Below, one piece after another: positions 1 through 8,884 of a DNA stretch of 32,000 nt (positions are counted from its first letter, which is position 1; every line of letters starts with the position of its first letter). The DNA lies in assembly GCF_900232105.1 (NCBI RefSeq), contig NZ_LT934425.1, positions 480,001 through 512,000 of the forward strand, written 5' to 3'. The stretch is from Candidatus Kuenenia stuttgartensis (GTDB lineage: Bacteria > Planctomycetota > Brocadiia > Brocadiales > Brocadiaceae). Both the position numbers and the translations under genes were made by a program. The notes under the pieces are model-generated. The model was not told the origin of the DNA and made no database searches. It worked only from the letters and a program-made list of their open reading frames with translations.

Positions 1-2
1 TG

Positions 3-425
3 CTGATAAACTATATTTTCGATCTGCAGACCGCAGGCATTATGAAAACGCAATCAACCGGAAATGGCAACCGGGGGTTTTCTTCCCAACCGTCTCCTGG
101 ATACTCCAACATCATCGTTGAAACGGGTGATATGCCGTTTGACTCAATGGTGAAAGATATTAAATGTGGCATTCTGGTTGACCAGGTGCTTGGCGGAGGA
201 CAAAGCAATGTGCTGGCAGGTGAATTTTCCGTAAACATAGATCTCGGATACCTTATCGAAAACGGAGAAATTATTGGCAGGGTAAAGGATTGCATGATTG
301 CAGGGAACGTATTTGATTTATTTAACAATATCGTTGCGATTGGTGATAGGGCGGAATGGCATGGGTCTACAAAAGTACCACCATTTTATTTTAAGTCAGT
401 AAATGTGGCGGGAAATGCGGATTAA
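3..425 (+). CDS. TldD/PmbA-family metalloprotease, C-terminal part (5' end off the left edge)
   Basis: The frame of ORF 42..425 stays open back to nt 3. The translated tail (GILVDQVLGGGQSNVLAGEFSVNIDLGYLIENGEIIGRVKDCMIAGNVF...) shows the conserved C-terminal pattern of PmbA/TldD proteins. Confidence 0.75.
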   Translation: MINYIFDLQTAGIMKTQSTGNGNRGFSSQPSPGYSNIIVETGDMPFDSMVKDIKCGILVDQVLGGGQSNVLAGEFSVNIDLGYLIENGEIIGRVKDCMIAGNVFDLFNNIVAIGDRAEWHGSTKVPPFYFKSVNVAGNAD

Positions 426-474
426 ACTCCTGCGACATAATCGATTGGCTCAATAGTACATTATCAGTAATTTT

Positions 475-857
475 TTGTAACTATTCAGCGTAATTTATTA
501 AACTACCGGAGATCAGAGCGCAACTCGTTCCCAAACGGGTGCATTCCCGATTTTTTGTGACTTCCGCCATGTTTTAATAAAACGTACAGTAGTGTTAACC
601 CTGACAGGGTTTCAAACCCTGTCAGGGTTGTTTTGCCCCAACTCCATGAACACTTACAAAAAATTGGGAATGCAATTGCACTGGAAACTTTGTTTCCAGA
701 GAGGATCAGACTTGACAAATTACAAACTGTCTTAACTCTGTGATTTTATTCCCTATCTATCAGCAAACAGGCGAGAAACCGGAGTTTCTCGAACAAATGC
801 ATTCCCAAACTGGAGTTTGGGAACGAGCCGTGTATCGTTTACGCTGAATAGTTACAA
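475..857. repeat. Nested inverted-repeat element (MITE-like or ~380-nt structured RNA)
   Basis: A perfect 19-bp terminal inverted repeat, TTGTAACTATTCAGCGTAA (475-493) / TTACGCTGAATAGTTACAA (839-857). Nested inside are CTCGTTCCCAAAC (524-536) / GTTTGGGAACGAG (815-827) and GCATTCCCGATTTTTTGT (541-558) / ACAAAAAATTGGGAATGC (656-673). Local hairpins lie at 599-627, 681-699, 773-790 and 802-823. Confidence 0.5.
597..636 (+). terminator. Possible rho-independent terminator downstream of the protease gene
   Basis: A perfect stem, AACCCTGACAGGGTT / AACCCTGTCAGGGTT (597-611 / 615-629), followed by GTTTTG. It sits inside the larger inverted-repeat element, so its role is ambiguous. Confidence 0.3.
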
Positions 858-892
858 TTTTTTTGCATTTTTTGGCAAAATAATTAATGGTA

Positions 893-1112
893 AAATCCGA
901 AGCACGAAATCCGAAATCCGAAACAAATTCTAATGACAAAATGATTTGAAATTCTAAACAAGTGCATCTTTCGTATCTCGCGTTTCATGTTTCATATTTC
1001 ATGTTTCATATTGTTGCCTGCCTGTGCGTGATCGCACGCAGAGGGATGTTTTGGATTTGTTTTGGATTTTATGCTTTGTTATTCGAATTTGTTTCGTATT
1101 TCGTATTTTTTA
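893..1112. repeat. Cluster of short tandem repeats (mostly heptamers) arranged around a central palindrome
   Basis: CGAAATC-type heptamers at 893-924; GTTTCAT x4 at 982-1012; the hairpin TGCGTG-ATCG-CACGCA near 1025-1040; GTTTTGGATTT x2 at 1048-1069; TTTCGTA x2 at 1091-1110. Confidence 0.6.
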
Positions 1113-1270
1113 TTTCCTGCTTGTTTGGTTCCGGCTATGCCAGCTTATGCTTAACTTGTTAGCGTCTTTTGCGGCAATGCCTCTTTCCGGAAAACACCGT
1201 AGTTCTCCCCTTTAAAAATTTATTGCTTAATCTGAATTTCTATTGTATGTTAACCTGTTTCTACTTTTGA

Positions 1271-4162
1271 TTGAATAGTAAATTAAGTAATTATCATTCT
1301 TCACTACACGACCTTATGATACTTGCCGTTATCTTTATAATTGTCTCCGTCATAACGGGTTTTCTGGTTACCTACTTTCTGGCAGCAAAATATTCCCTTT
1401 TTGAAAGGGGCGCATATGGAATTGCCATAGGGTTAGGTTTGCAAACATGGCTCGTCTATCTATTCTCTTTAATCTGGAAGCTGCAATTTATATGTATCTA
1501 TTTTTCCATAGCACTATCATTGTTATTTTGCATCTTATTTTTCATAATAAACCGTAGCGATATAAAACTAAAAATACTCTATGAAGCAACGGACATTAAA
1601 AAAGATTTTCTACTGAATAAAACGTCATATTTTGCACATATTGCCGTTTTTGCCTTTTTTACCGTGATCTTCTGCCGTCTGTTTTACCGCACCATTATAT
1701 GGAAAGAAACCGGCATATATGTAGGTTTATCTAATAATTACGGCGACCTGCCTTTACACCTTGCGTACATTACCTCCTTTGCGTGGGGGGATAACGTTCC
1801 GCCTCTCGATCCGGTTTTTGCAGGCAAAAAACTAACCTACCCCATTTTGTCTGATTTCTTATCGGCTATTTTCCTAAAATCAGGCCTAAATTTCAGAAAT
1901 ATACTATTCATACCAGGTTTTCTATTAACCGTTTCCTTTTACGGCATTCTTTACTATTTTACATATCGCATAACGAAAAAAAGACTCGCCGCAACCCTTT
2001 CCACTTTTATTTTCTTTTTATCCGGCGGATTTGGTTTCTACTATTTCTTTCAGGACCTTGCGAACACCTCTGGTAGCCTATGGGAATTTCTCTCTAATTT
2101 GCCGCAAAATTATACAAAAATCCCCCCATTAAATTATCACTGGATTACCCCGTTGACCTGTCTCAATGTGCCGCAGCGGTCTTTCCTTTTCGGATTTCCA
2201 TTTACTATGCTCATTTTTTTATTCCTCTACACCGGCATACAAAAGAAGCACTGGAAGGAGTTCTTATTTGCAGGTGTCGTTGCCGGGGCATTGCCGTTTT
2301 TCCACACCCATAGTTTTCTTGCCATGTTGATGGTAACAATACCATTAGGAATAATTTACTGGGACTGGCGAAAATGGTTTTTATTCTTTTTTCCGGCTTT
2401 TATACTCTCACTTCCGCAGGTATGGTATTTTTCCAGTCATGTCGACAGTGAACGTTTCTTTAAATTTCAATTCGGATGGATGGCGGGGGATGAAAATTTC
2501 CTGTGGTTCTGGATCAAAAACACGAGCCTATTCTGGTTTTTTGTAATCGGCGGGGGCGTCCTCTTCTTTTTAAAACAAAACACTACTGCTTTAAGCCGTT
2601 TAAAATATTTTCCGCTCACATTTCTGATACTTTTTTTAATACCAAACATCCTCCTATTTGCCCCGTGGGCATGGGACAATATAAAAATGTTTATTTACTG
2701 GTACCTTGGCGTTACCCCTTTGGCGGCGCTCGCATTGACGTATCTCTATGAAAACAAACGTTTGAAGATCCTTTCAAGAACCGTTTTTTTCCTTTCCGCG
2801 TTTTCCCTCATCGCCGCCGGTTTTATCGATGTTTTTAAATTTGCCATAGCCCCTATAAATGGCTGGAAGGAATTCAGCACGGAAGAGATAGAACTTGCCA
2901 AACAGATTGTCAATGAAACTCCTGCCGACGCAATTTTTCTCAACGCAACGGTGCATAACCACCCGGTATTTTTAACTGGACGAAAGTCCCTTATGGGGTT
3001 TCCGGGCCATGTTTGGAGTCATGGACACAGCGGTGGCAGGGAACGGGAAGTCGATATTAATGCAATGTTGAGGGGAAAACCCAATGCCATTTCACTTATT
3101 AACAAATACAAAACCGATTATGCGATTATTGGTCATCATGAAAAAAGAAAATATGCAAACAAGGATTTTTTCAAAAAGAATTATACCTGTATTATCAGTA
3201 CACGAAGCTATCAGGTGTTTGATCTTAACAAGAAAATCACCCCTGATCTTACTTCTGATATAGCAGCCAAAAAAAACGGTTTGTCGGTGCGATATTATGA
3301 CAACGAAGATTGGAGAGGCGCCCCTGTTTTTGAAGAAATTACTGCTGATATCAATTTCAACTGGGCAAATGATGATGATAAATTTGTGCCAAGCCCCTTT
3401 AGCATTGTATACGAAGGATACATTATCATTAAAAATACCGGTCAATATACCTTTACATTGGCATCGGACGACGGTTCATGGCTTTATATAAATGAAAATC
3501 TCCTTATTGACAATGGTGGCGTCCATAGGGTGCAATCAAAATCCGAAACTATTACACTGAAAAAAGGCGTCCACAAAATGGTCATAAAATATTTTGATAA
3601 AGGAGGCGGGGCGGTTTTAAAACTTACATGGAAACCTCTCTCCAGGGGGAGGGAATCCGTTATCCCCGCACGGGCTTTACTTCCCCAAAAGCCTTTGAAC
3701 ACCCTAAAAAACCGGCAAAATGGGCTGTCAGTTAAATACTATGATACTATAGAGTGGCACGGCGAACCCATTTACGAAGATATTGACACTGAAATTGAAT
3801 TTGATTGGCCGAATAATAGTGTAAAGGTTTTTAACAGCCCATTTGGTATTATCTGGGAAGGGTTTATTGATATCGATACTGCTGATACTTATACATTCGT
3901 GTTATTGTCAGATGACGGCTCATGGCTTTACATTAACGATGCATTGATAATTGACAACGGCGGTTCCCATATGGTACGGGAAAAATCCGGCTCTGTTTTT
4001 CTCGAAAAAGGCAAACACAAAATTAAGATTAAGTATTTCGATGAAAAAGGCGGAGCGGTGTTCAGACTGTTGTGGAAGAATTCTGACGGCAGTGTGGTAA
4101 AAATACCTGTAGAAAGATTTTCAGTTCATGAAAATGAATCATCCGAAGCGAACGAAATGTAA
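1271..4162 (+). CDS. Large polytopic membrane protein (GT-C-like, putative) with two tandem C-terminal PA14 domains
   Basis: A 963-aa ORF; the track start is TTG at 1271 and the first ATG is at 1316. About 600 aa form hydrophobic multi-span segments. Two PA14-like modules follow, at roughly nt 3278-3640 and 3722-4085 (GLSV[RK]YYD...SPF..I.EG.I......Y.F...SDDGSWLYIN..L.IDNGG.H......KG.HK..IKYFD.GGGA...L.WK). Confidence 0.7.
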   Translation: MNSKLSNYHSSLHDLMILAVIFIIVSVITGFLVTYFLAAKYSLFERGAYGIAIGLGLQTWLVYLFSLIWKLQFICIYFSIALSLLFCILFFIINRSDIKLKILYEATDIKKDFLLNKTSYFAHIAVFAFFTVIFCRLFYRTIIWKETGIYVGLSNNYGDLPLHLAYITSFAWGDNVPPLDPVFAGKKLTYPILSDFLSAIFLKSGLNFRNILFIPGFLLTVSFYGILYYFTYRITKKRLAATLSTFIFFLSGGFGFYYFFQDLANTSGSLWEFLSNLPQNYTKIPPLNYHWITPLTCLNVPQRSFLFGFPFTMLIFLFLYTGIQKKHWKEFLFAGVVAGALPFFHTHSFLAMLMVTIPLGIIYWDWRKWFLFFFPAFILSLPQVWYFSSHVDSERFFKFQFGWMAGDENFLWFWIKNTSLFWFFVIGGGVLFFLKQNTTALSRLKYFPLTFLILFLIPNILLFAPWAWDNIKMFIYWYLGVTPLAALALTYLYENKRLKILSRTVFFLSAFSLIAAGFIDVFKFAIAPINGWKEFSTEEIELAKQIVNETPADAIFLNATVHNHPVFLTGRKSLMGFPGHVWSHGHSGGREREVDINAMLRGKPNAISLINKYKTDYAIIGHHEKRKYANKDFFKKNYTCIISTRSYQVFDLNKKITPDLTSDIAAKKNGLSVRYYDNEDWRGAPVFEEITADINFNWANDDDKFVPSPFSIVYEGYIIIKNTGQYTFTLASDDGSWLYINENLLIDNGGVHRVQSKSETITLKKGVHKMVIKYFDKGGGAVLKLTWKPLSRGRESVIPARALLPQKPLNTLKNRQNGLSVKYYDTIEWHGEPIYEDIDTEIEFDWPNNSVKVFNSPFGIIWEGFIDIDTADTYTFVLLSDDGSWLYINDALIIDNGGSHMVREKSGSVFLEKGKHKIKIKYFDEKGGAVFRLLWKNSDGSVVKIPVERFSVHENESSEANEM

Positions 4163-4183
4163 CAATTGTTTATAAATTAGCTA

Positions 4184-4440
4184 ATGGCTCATGGCTCATG
4201 GCTCATGGCTTATGGCTCATGGTTCATGGCTCATGGTTCATGGCTCATGGCTCATGGCTTATGGCTCATGGCTTATGGCTCATGGTTCATGGCTCATGGT
4301 TCATGGCTCATGGCTCATGGCTTATGGCTCATGGTTCATGGCTCATGGCTCATGGCTCATGGCTCATAGCTCATGGCAGCAATCAGCTATCAGCAATCAG
4401 CTATCAGCTATCAGCTATCAGCAATCAGCTATCAGCTATA
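4184..4440. repeat. Two abutting heptamer microsatellites: (ATGGCTC)n of about 27 units, then (CAGCTAT/CAGCAAT)n of about 9 units
   Basis: The 7-bp period is read directly at 4184-4376 (variants ATGGCTT, ATGGTTC) and 4376-4440. The repeats fill most of the 317-bp gap between the two PA14 genes. Confidence 0.9.
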
Positions 4441-4479
4441 ATTTGGTAGATCGTTTCTTTAAATTACTATAAAACATCC

Positions 4480-6474
4480 ATGAAAAAACAAACCATACCA
4501 TTACTCATTGCTTTTTTTGTGCCTGTCGTTATCGCATCGCTCTTCCGTTTTTGGGATTTGGATATTCGTCCGCTACATTCCGACGAAGGAGTGAATAGTT
4601 TTTTCCTGCGGAATCTGTTTGAGAGGAATCAATATCGTTACGACCCCGCAAACTATCATGGCCCTTTCCTCTACTATATTGGGCTGATCCCTTTTTATGT
4701 ATTAGGCCAAACAGATTTCTCGTTCCGGCTTATGCCGGTTTTATTTGGGATTATGGTTGTGGCCTCACTTTATCCTTTACGAAAAAGAATGGGGAACATT
4801 GGCCTGCTCACTGCCGGGTTACTCATTGCCATCTCTCCCTCTAATTCTTTTTTCTCGAGAGATACTATCCACGAAACATATTTTATATTTTTTACACTGA
4901 CAACTGTCGTCTCATTCTTTCTCTATTCGGAAACAAGAAAATCCAGATATATCTATTTCGCCGCATCAAGCATCGCTTTTATCATTACCATAAAAGAAAC
5001 CTACATAATCACATTTACCGTATTTATCATATCATTAGTCTGCGCATATGGTTATGAAGTATTGCTTTTTCACCGAGGTACGAGAATCAAATGTATAAAA
5101 CATATTTTTAGTGTTTTTGCGAATACCTGCAGACAAAAATGGCGCGTAATCTGTATCTGCATCGGCCTGTTTCTGTTCATTAATTTTTTATTTTATTCAT
5201 CGTTTTTCACTTACTACGACGGCGTAAAAGGCATTTTGACTACGTTAAAGATATGGACAAAAACCGGCACTCATTCGGCAGGCGGCCATGCAAAACCCTT
5301 CTTTTATTATTTTAAATTACTCTATAAATTTGAGCTTCCCATGCTGGTTATGGGAATTGCCGGGATGTACTATTCATTCAGATACAGAAACAGATTCGCC
5401 ATTTTTACCTCCGTATGGGCGGTACTTATCTATGTCATTTACTCATGCATACCATACAAAACTCCCTGGTTGATCATAAATCTTACCCTTCCGATTGCAA
5501 TCTTATCCGGCATTTTTATAAATGGATTATTTAAAATTATCACACGCAAATGGCATTACGCAATTTTCTTCGCGCTATACACCGGTGTTTTTTGTTTCTT
5601 CTGCTATCAATCTATCATGCTAAACTTTGTAAATTATGATGATGAGCGATACGAGCTTGTGTATGTTCAGACAAAAAGAGATGTTTATAATTTAATAGAC
5701 CGGTTAGAAACGCTTTCAGGCATATGCGGGAAGGACATGGAGATAAACATCGTTTCAAAGGATTACTGGCCGCTACCCTGGTATCTCAGGGAGTACAAAC
5801 ACGCAAATTTCTGGGGAAAAGTGATAGATAATCCCAACGCACCCGTTATTTTAGCGGATAAAAAGGGAGAGAGTGATTTAAAGGGAAAACTAAAGGGAAA
5901 TTACAAAAACGAACGGTTTGTTTTACGTCCGGGCGTATGGATCACCGCCTACATACAACAAGGATTGTATGATAGTGCCTTTGCTCATGAAACCGGGAGA
6001 GAAACATCTACGCGATTGCCTTTGAACGTCTCCGCAGAGGAGCTTGATCCGGGATTAAAGGCTCTGTACTACTATAACATTGAATGCATTGGAAAACCTT
6101 TTTCCTCGTCCATTGAAAAAGACTCTATTTCTTTCACGTATAATGATGAGACCAAAAAACCCTACCGGTCTCCTTTTGGAATAGCATGGGAAGGCTATCT
6201 GCATATTCAAAAAAGCGGGGTTTATCAATTTGCCACAAGGTCAGACGACGGGTCTTTTGTCTACCTTGATGAAAACCTTGTGGTAGATAATGGAGAGCCG
6301 CATGCAGTGCGGTATATTTCGGGAACGACGTTCCTCGAAGAAGGGTATCATGCTATCAGGATTCAATATTTTGATATTGGAGGCGGGGCCATTATGGCGT
6401 TATTATGGAAACCGCCTGGCGGGCAAGAAACGTTGATTCCAGGCGATATATTCTTTCACAAAAAACCGGATTAG
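4480..6474 (+). CDS. GT-C-fold membrane glycosyltransferase-like protein (ArnT/PMT_2, TIGR03663-like N-terminus) with one C-terminal PA14 domain
   Basis: A 664-aa ORF with an ATG start. The N-terminus (FRFWDLDIRPLHSDEGVNSFF...YRYDPANYHGPFLYY) resembles the first-loop motif region of GT-C/TIGR03663-type proteins as I recall it. It has many TM segments. The C-terminal PA14 (about nt 6050-6425) is paralogous to those of the upstream gene. Confidence 0.65.
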   Translation: MKKQTIPLLIAFFVPVVIASLFRFWDLDIRPLHSDEGVNSFFLRNLFERNQYRYDPANYHGPFLYYIGLIPFYVLGQTDFSFRLMPVLFGIMVVASLYPLRKRMGNIGLLTAGLLIAISPSNSFFSRDTIHETYFIFFTLTTVVSFFLYSETRKSRYIYFAASSIAFIITIKETYIITFTVFIISLVCAYGYEVLLFHRGTRIKCIKHIFSVFANTCRQKWRVICICIGLFLFINFLFYSSFFTYYDGVKGILTTLKIWTKTGTHSAGGHAKPFFYYFKLLYKFELPMLVMGIAGMYYSFRYRNRFAIFTSVWAVLIYVIYSCIPYKTPWLIINLTLPIAILSGIFINGLFKIITRKWHYAIFFALYTGVFCFFCYQSIMLNFVNYDDERYELVYVQTKRDVYNLIDRLETLSGICGKDMEINIVSKDYWPLPWYLREYKHANFWGKVIDNPNAPVILADKKGESDLKGKLKGNYKNERFVLRPGVWITAYIQQGLYDSAFAHETGRETSTRLPLNVSAEELDPGLKALYYYNIECIGKPFSSSIEKDSISFTYNDETKKPYRSPFGIAWEGYLHIQKSGVYQFATRSDDGSFVYLDENLVVDNGEPHAVRYISGTTFLEEGYHAIRIQYFDIGGGAIMALLWKPPGGQETLIPGDIFFHKKPD

Positions 6475-6477
6475 CGT

Positions 6478-6610
6478 AACACTTTGTATTTTTAAAAAAT
6501 TTCAATAATCGCAAGGTAGGGACGAAGCATTTGCCGTAAATTGTCATAAAGGCGTTCACGCCCAAACGGGCAAATGCTTCGCCTCTACCTTTTCAAAAAT
6601 ACAAAGTGTT
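6478..6610. repeat. 133-bp double-stem palindromic element between convergent genes (copy 1); possible bidirectional terminator
   Basis: The outer perfect 16-bp stem is AACACTTTGTATTTTT (6478-6493) / AAAAATACAAAGTGTT (6595-6610). The inner stem is GGTAGGGACGAAGCATTTGCC (6515-6535) / GGCAAATGCTTCGCCTCTACC (6569-6589). The core is about 85% identical to the reverse complement of 8758-8830. Confidence 0.7.
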
Positions 6611-6615
6611 GCAGA

Positions 6616-7359
6616 CTAGCCGTAATAGCCTTTCAAATCATTTATTTTTATCACTATAATATCCTTAAGCATTTGCAATGAATGCCTTACAGGACTTACC
6701 TTGCTTAGCGTGGAATTCCGCCATTTGATCGGTATTTCTTTCATCTTAAAATGAAATTTGTTGGAAAGATAGAGCGCCTCAACATCAAATGCAAACCCGG
6801 TTATTCTGCACTTTTCAAAGACCTTTCTCACTGCGTCTCTTTTAAACCCCTTAAATCCGCATTGCGTATCTACCACCCCCCCCATTAATAGCCACCGGAT
6901 AATACAATTAAAGATTTTGCCCATCTTTTCCCTGTACCATGGCTGATGTATTATTATATCCGCTCCAAAAATGCTTCTCGACCCGATAATCACATCATAG
7001 CCTTCTGTTTTAAGATAGGGCAAACATTTATCAATCTCTTCTATTGGCGTAGAGAGATCGGCATCGGTAAAAAAAACATACTCGCCATTTGCCGCCAGCA
7101 TACCCCTTTTTACAGAATAACCTTTACCCTTGTTTTTCTTATTTTTCAAAAGGATTATGCCACTCTTGTTTGCATGTGAAAATTCGTTTATCTTTTTTAT
7201 GGTATTATCAACAGAACCATCATCCACCACAATAAGTTCAGAATGATACTCCTGTTTAGAAAGGAAGGCACAAACACTTTCCAGGGTAGGTAAGATTCTA
7301 TCCTCTTCATTATAAGCGGGGATTATTATCGACAGGAAGCATTCTTTCATTATAACCAT
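6616..7359 (-). CDS. Family 2 glycosyltransferase, polyprenyl/dolichyl-phosphate hexose synthase-like
   Basis: A 247-aa ORF. It carries the GT2 signature LSIIIPAYNEE...VVDDGSVDNT...FTDADLS and has the size of DPM1/ALG5/GtrB-type enzymes. Confidence 0.75.
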   Translation of the reverse strand: MVIMKECFLSIIIPAYNEEDRILPTLESVCAFLSKQEYHSELIVVDDGSVDNTIKKINEFSHANKSGIILLKNKKNKGKGYSVKRGMLAANGEYVFFTDADLSTPIEEIDKCLPYLKTEGYDVIIGSRSIFGADIIIHQPWYREKMGKIFNCIIRWLLMGGVVDTQCGFKGFKRDAVRKVFEKCRITGFAFDVEALYLSNKFHFKMKEIPIKWRNSTLSKVSPVRHSLQMLKDIIVIKINDLKGYYG

Positions 7360-7417
7360 TCACAGAGAGGGTTAAGAGACTTGGAATTTTTTATTATACC
7401 GTAGCACTTGGCAGTCG

Positions 7418-7439
7418 GCAGATTGCAGATTACAGATTG
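7418..7439. repeat. Short heptamer repeat (GCAGATT/ACAGATT x3)
   Basis: Read directly in the GT2/gspF-like intergenic region. Confidence 0.6.
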
Positions 7440-7516
7440 TGGACCGGGAAGTACAGTATTCCACATTAATAAAGGGAGCAAGGGAGTTGTTTACCGCAAC
7501 TTATTGAGAAGGTACC

Positions 7517-8722
7517 TTAGAACTTCATATCATTTACACTAAGAATTGCGGTAAGCATAGAGATAACAATAACACCAATGACTGCCCCCATGAGCAATAT
7601 AAGCACAGGCTCCACCATCGTCACGAGACGTTTCATCCGGCCTTCTACATCCGCATCAAAATTGTCCGCAACCTTAAGAAGCATCCGGTCCAGTTTCCCT
7701 GTTTCTTCACCTACCTTGAGCAAATGGATTGCAATTTCCGGCAGAAAACCTCTCTCCGCAAGTGAAACGGTAATACCTGCGCCTTCTTTTACATTTGTCT
7801 TAACACCGACGAGTATCTCAGAAAGATGCTTATTTGACAAAACATCTTTGACAATATCTAAAGACTTCAGCAACGGAACACCGTTTTCTAACAATGTACC
7901 CATCGTTCTCGCGAACCTGGATATCTGCATTTTCCATAACAGATTTCCCATGAGAGGCAATTTCAATTTTTTCTGATCTATTTTGGCAGCAGTAGTATTA
8001 TCCTTCATCGCCCTTTTATATATGAAAAATAACGCCATAATCACCGCAATAAAAATCCAGCCATATTTTATACCATATTGGCTCATTCCCATAAGTACCA
8101 TTGTTGAGAATGGCAGTGAAATGCCCATCCCTTCGAAGATTTGAGAAAATTTAGGGATAACATAAACAATGAGAGCCCCAATCGACAAGAGACCTGTACT
8201 GCTTAACAACAAAGGGTAAATCATTGCCGAGATAATTTCACCTTTTGTTTTCTGCAATTTTTCCTGAAAATCACCCAATCTTTTCAAAACCTGCGGCAAG
8301 ACGCCCCCTTCTTCTCCCGCACGCACCATGCTGATGTAAATACTGGAAAATAATTTTTCATGATTTTTGAGCGCCTCTGTGAATGACTTTCCCGACTTAA
8401 TCCCATTCAACAAATCTTCAATAACACTCTTCATTGCATTTTTTCCCTGTCCCGACAACAAAATAGACAGGCTTTTATCAATTGGAATGCCGCCTTCAAG
8501 CAGCGTTGCCAATTCCTGCGTAAACGGTAAAACAGCCTTTTTACTTACCCGTTTAAAAAATAATTCAAATTTTTTTCCCTTGTTTATCTGATGTATATTT
8601 AAAATAATATGCCCTGACTTACGGAGGTCGCTTATTAAGCTTGTTTTGTTTTCGGCCTCTTTTTCGCCTTCTACTATATTGCTGGAGCTGGTTAATAATT
8701 TATATCTGAATGTACTCATCAC
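7517..8722 (-). CDS. Type II secretion / type IV pilus platform protein, GspF/PilC family
   Basis: A 401-aa ORF; the track start is GTG at 8722, followed immediately by ATG at 8719. It shows a duplicated GspF-type domain pattern with three TM segments (...LSILLSGQGKNAMKSVIEDLLNGIKSGKSFTEAL... and ...LLENGVPLLKSLDIV...GEETGKLDRML). Confidence 0.8.
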   Translation of the reverse strand: MMSTFRYKLLTSSSNIVEGEKEAENKTSLISDLRKSGHIILNIHQINKGKKFELFFKRVSKKAVLPFTQELATLLEGGIPIDKSLSILLSGQGKNAMKSVIEDLLNGIKSGKSFTEALKNHEKLFSSIYISMVRAGEEGGVLPQVLKRLGDFQEKLQKTKGEIISAMIYPLLLSSTGLLSIGALIVYVIPKFSQIFEGMGISLPFSTMVLMGMSQYGIKYGWIFIAVIMALFFIYKRAMKDNTTAAKIDQKKLKLPLMGNLLWKMQISRFARTMGTLLENGVPLLKSLDIVKDVLSNKHLSEILVGVKTNVKEGAGITVSLAERGFLPEIAIHLLKVGEETGKLDRMLLKVADNFDADVEGRMKRLVTMVEPVLILLMGAVIGVIVISMLTAILSVNDMKF

Positions 8723-8738
8723 TATTTATTTTCATAAC

Positions 8739-8879
8739 AATTTAGTTTTTTTAAAAAGTAGGGGCGAAACATTTGCCAGTTTAGGTATGAACGCATTTAT
8801 GACAATTTATAACAAATGCTTCGCCCCTACACTATGCAGCAAGCATCTCTATTATTGGAATTTTTCAAAAAACTAAATT
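8739..8879. repeat. Palindromic element copy 2 (inverted relative to copy 1), inside the gspC-like/gspF-like intergenic gap
   Basis: The inner stem is GTAGGGGCGAAACATTTG (8758-8775) / CAAATGCTTCGCCCCTAC (8813-8830). The loop (TAAATTGTCATAAATGCGTTCA on the other strand) matches the loop of 6516-6589. The outer stem is AATTTAGTTTTTTTAAAAA (8739-8757) / TTTTTCAAAAAACTAAATT (8861-8879). Confidence 0.7.
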
Positions 8880-8884
8880 TTTAT

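Noticed and set aside
503-718. A 71-aa minus-strand ORF in the protease-downstream region
   Set aside because: It spans the hairpins of the nested inverted-repeat element. It has no RBS and no recognisable motif.
962-1215. ORFs 962..1162 and 1024..1215 (Phe/Cys-rich small proteins)
   Set aside because: They lie in microsatellite and palindrome DNA with low-complexity composition, and they overlap each other in different frames.
4184-4472. Three overlapping + strand ORFs encoding MAHGSWLMAHGSW... repeats
   Set aside because: All three frames are open only because the (ATGGCTC)n heptamer lacks stop codons. A period of 7 gives no consistent frame, and there is no RBS.
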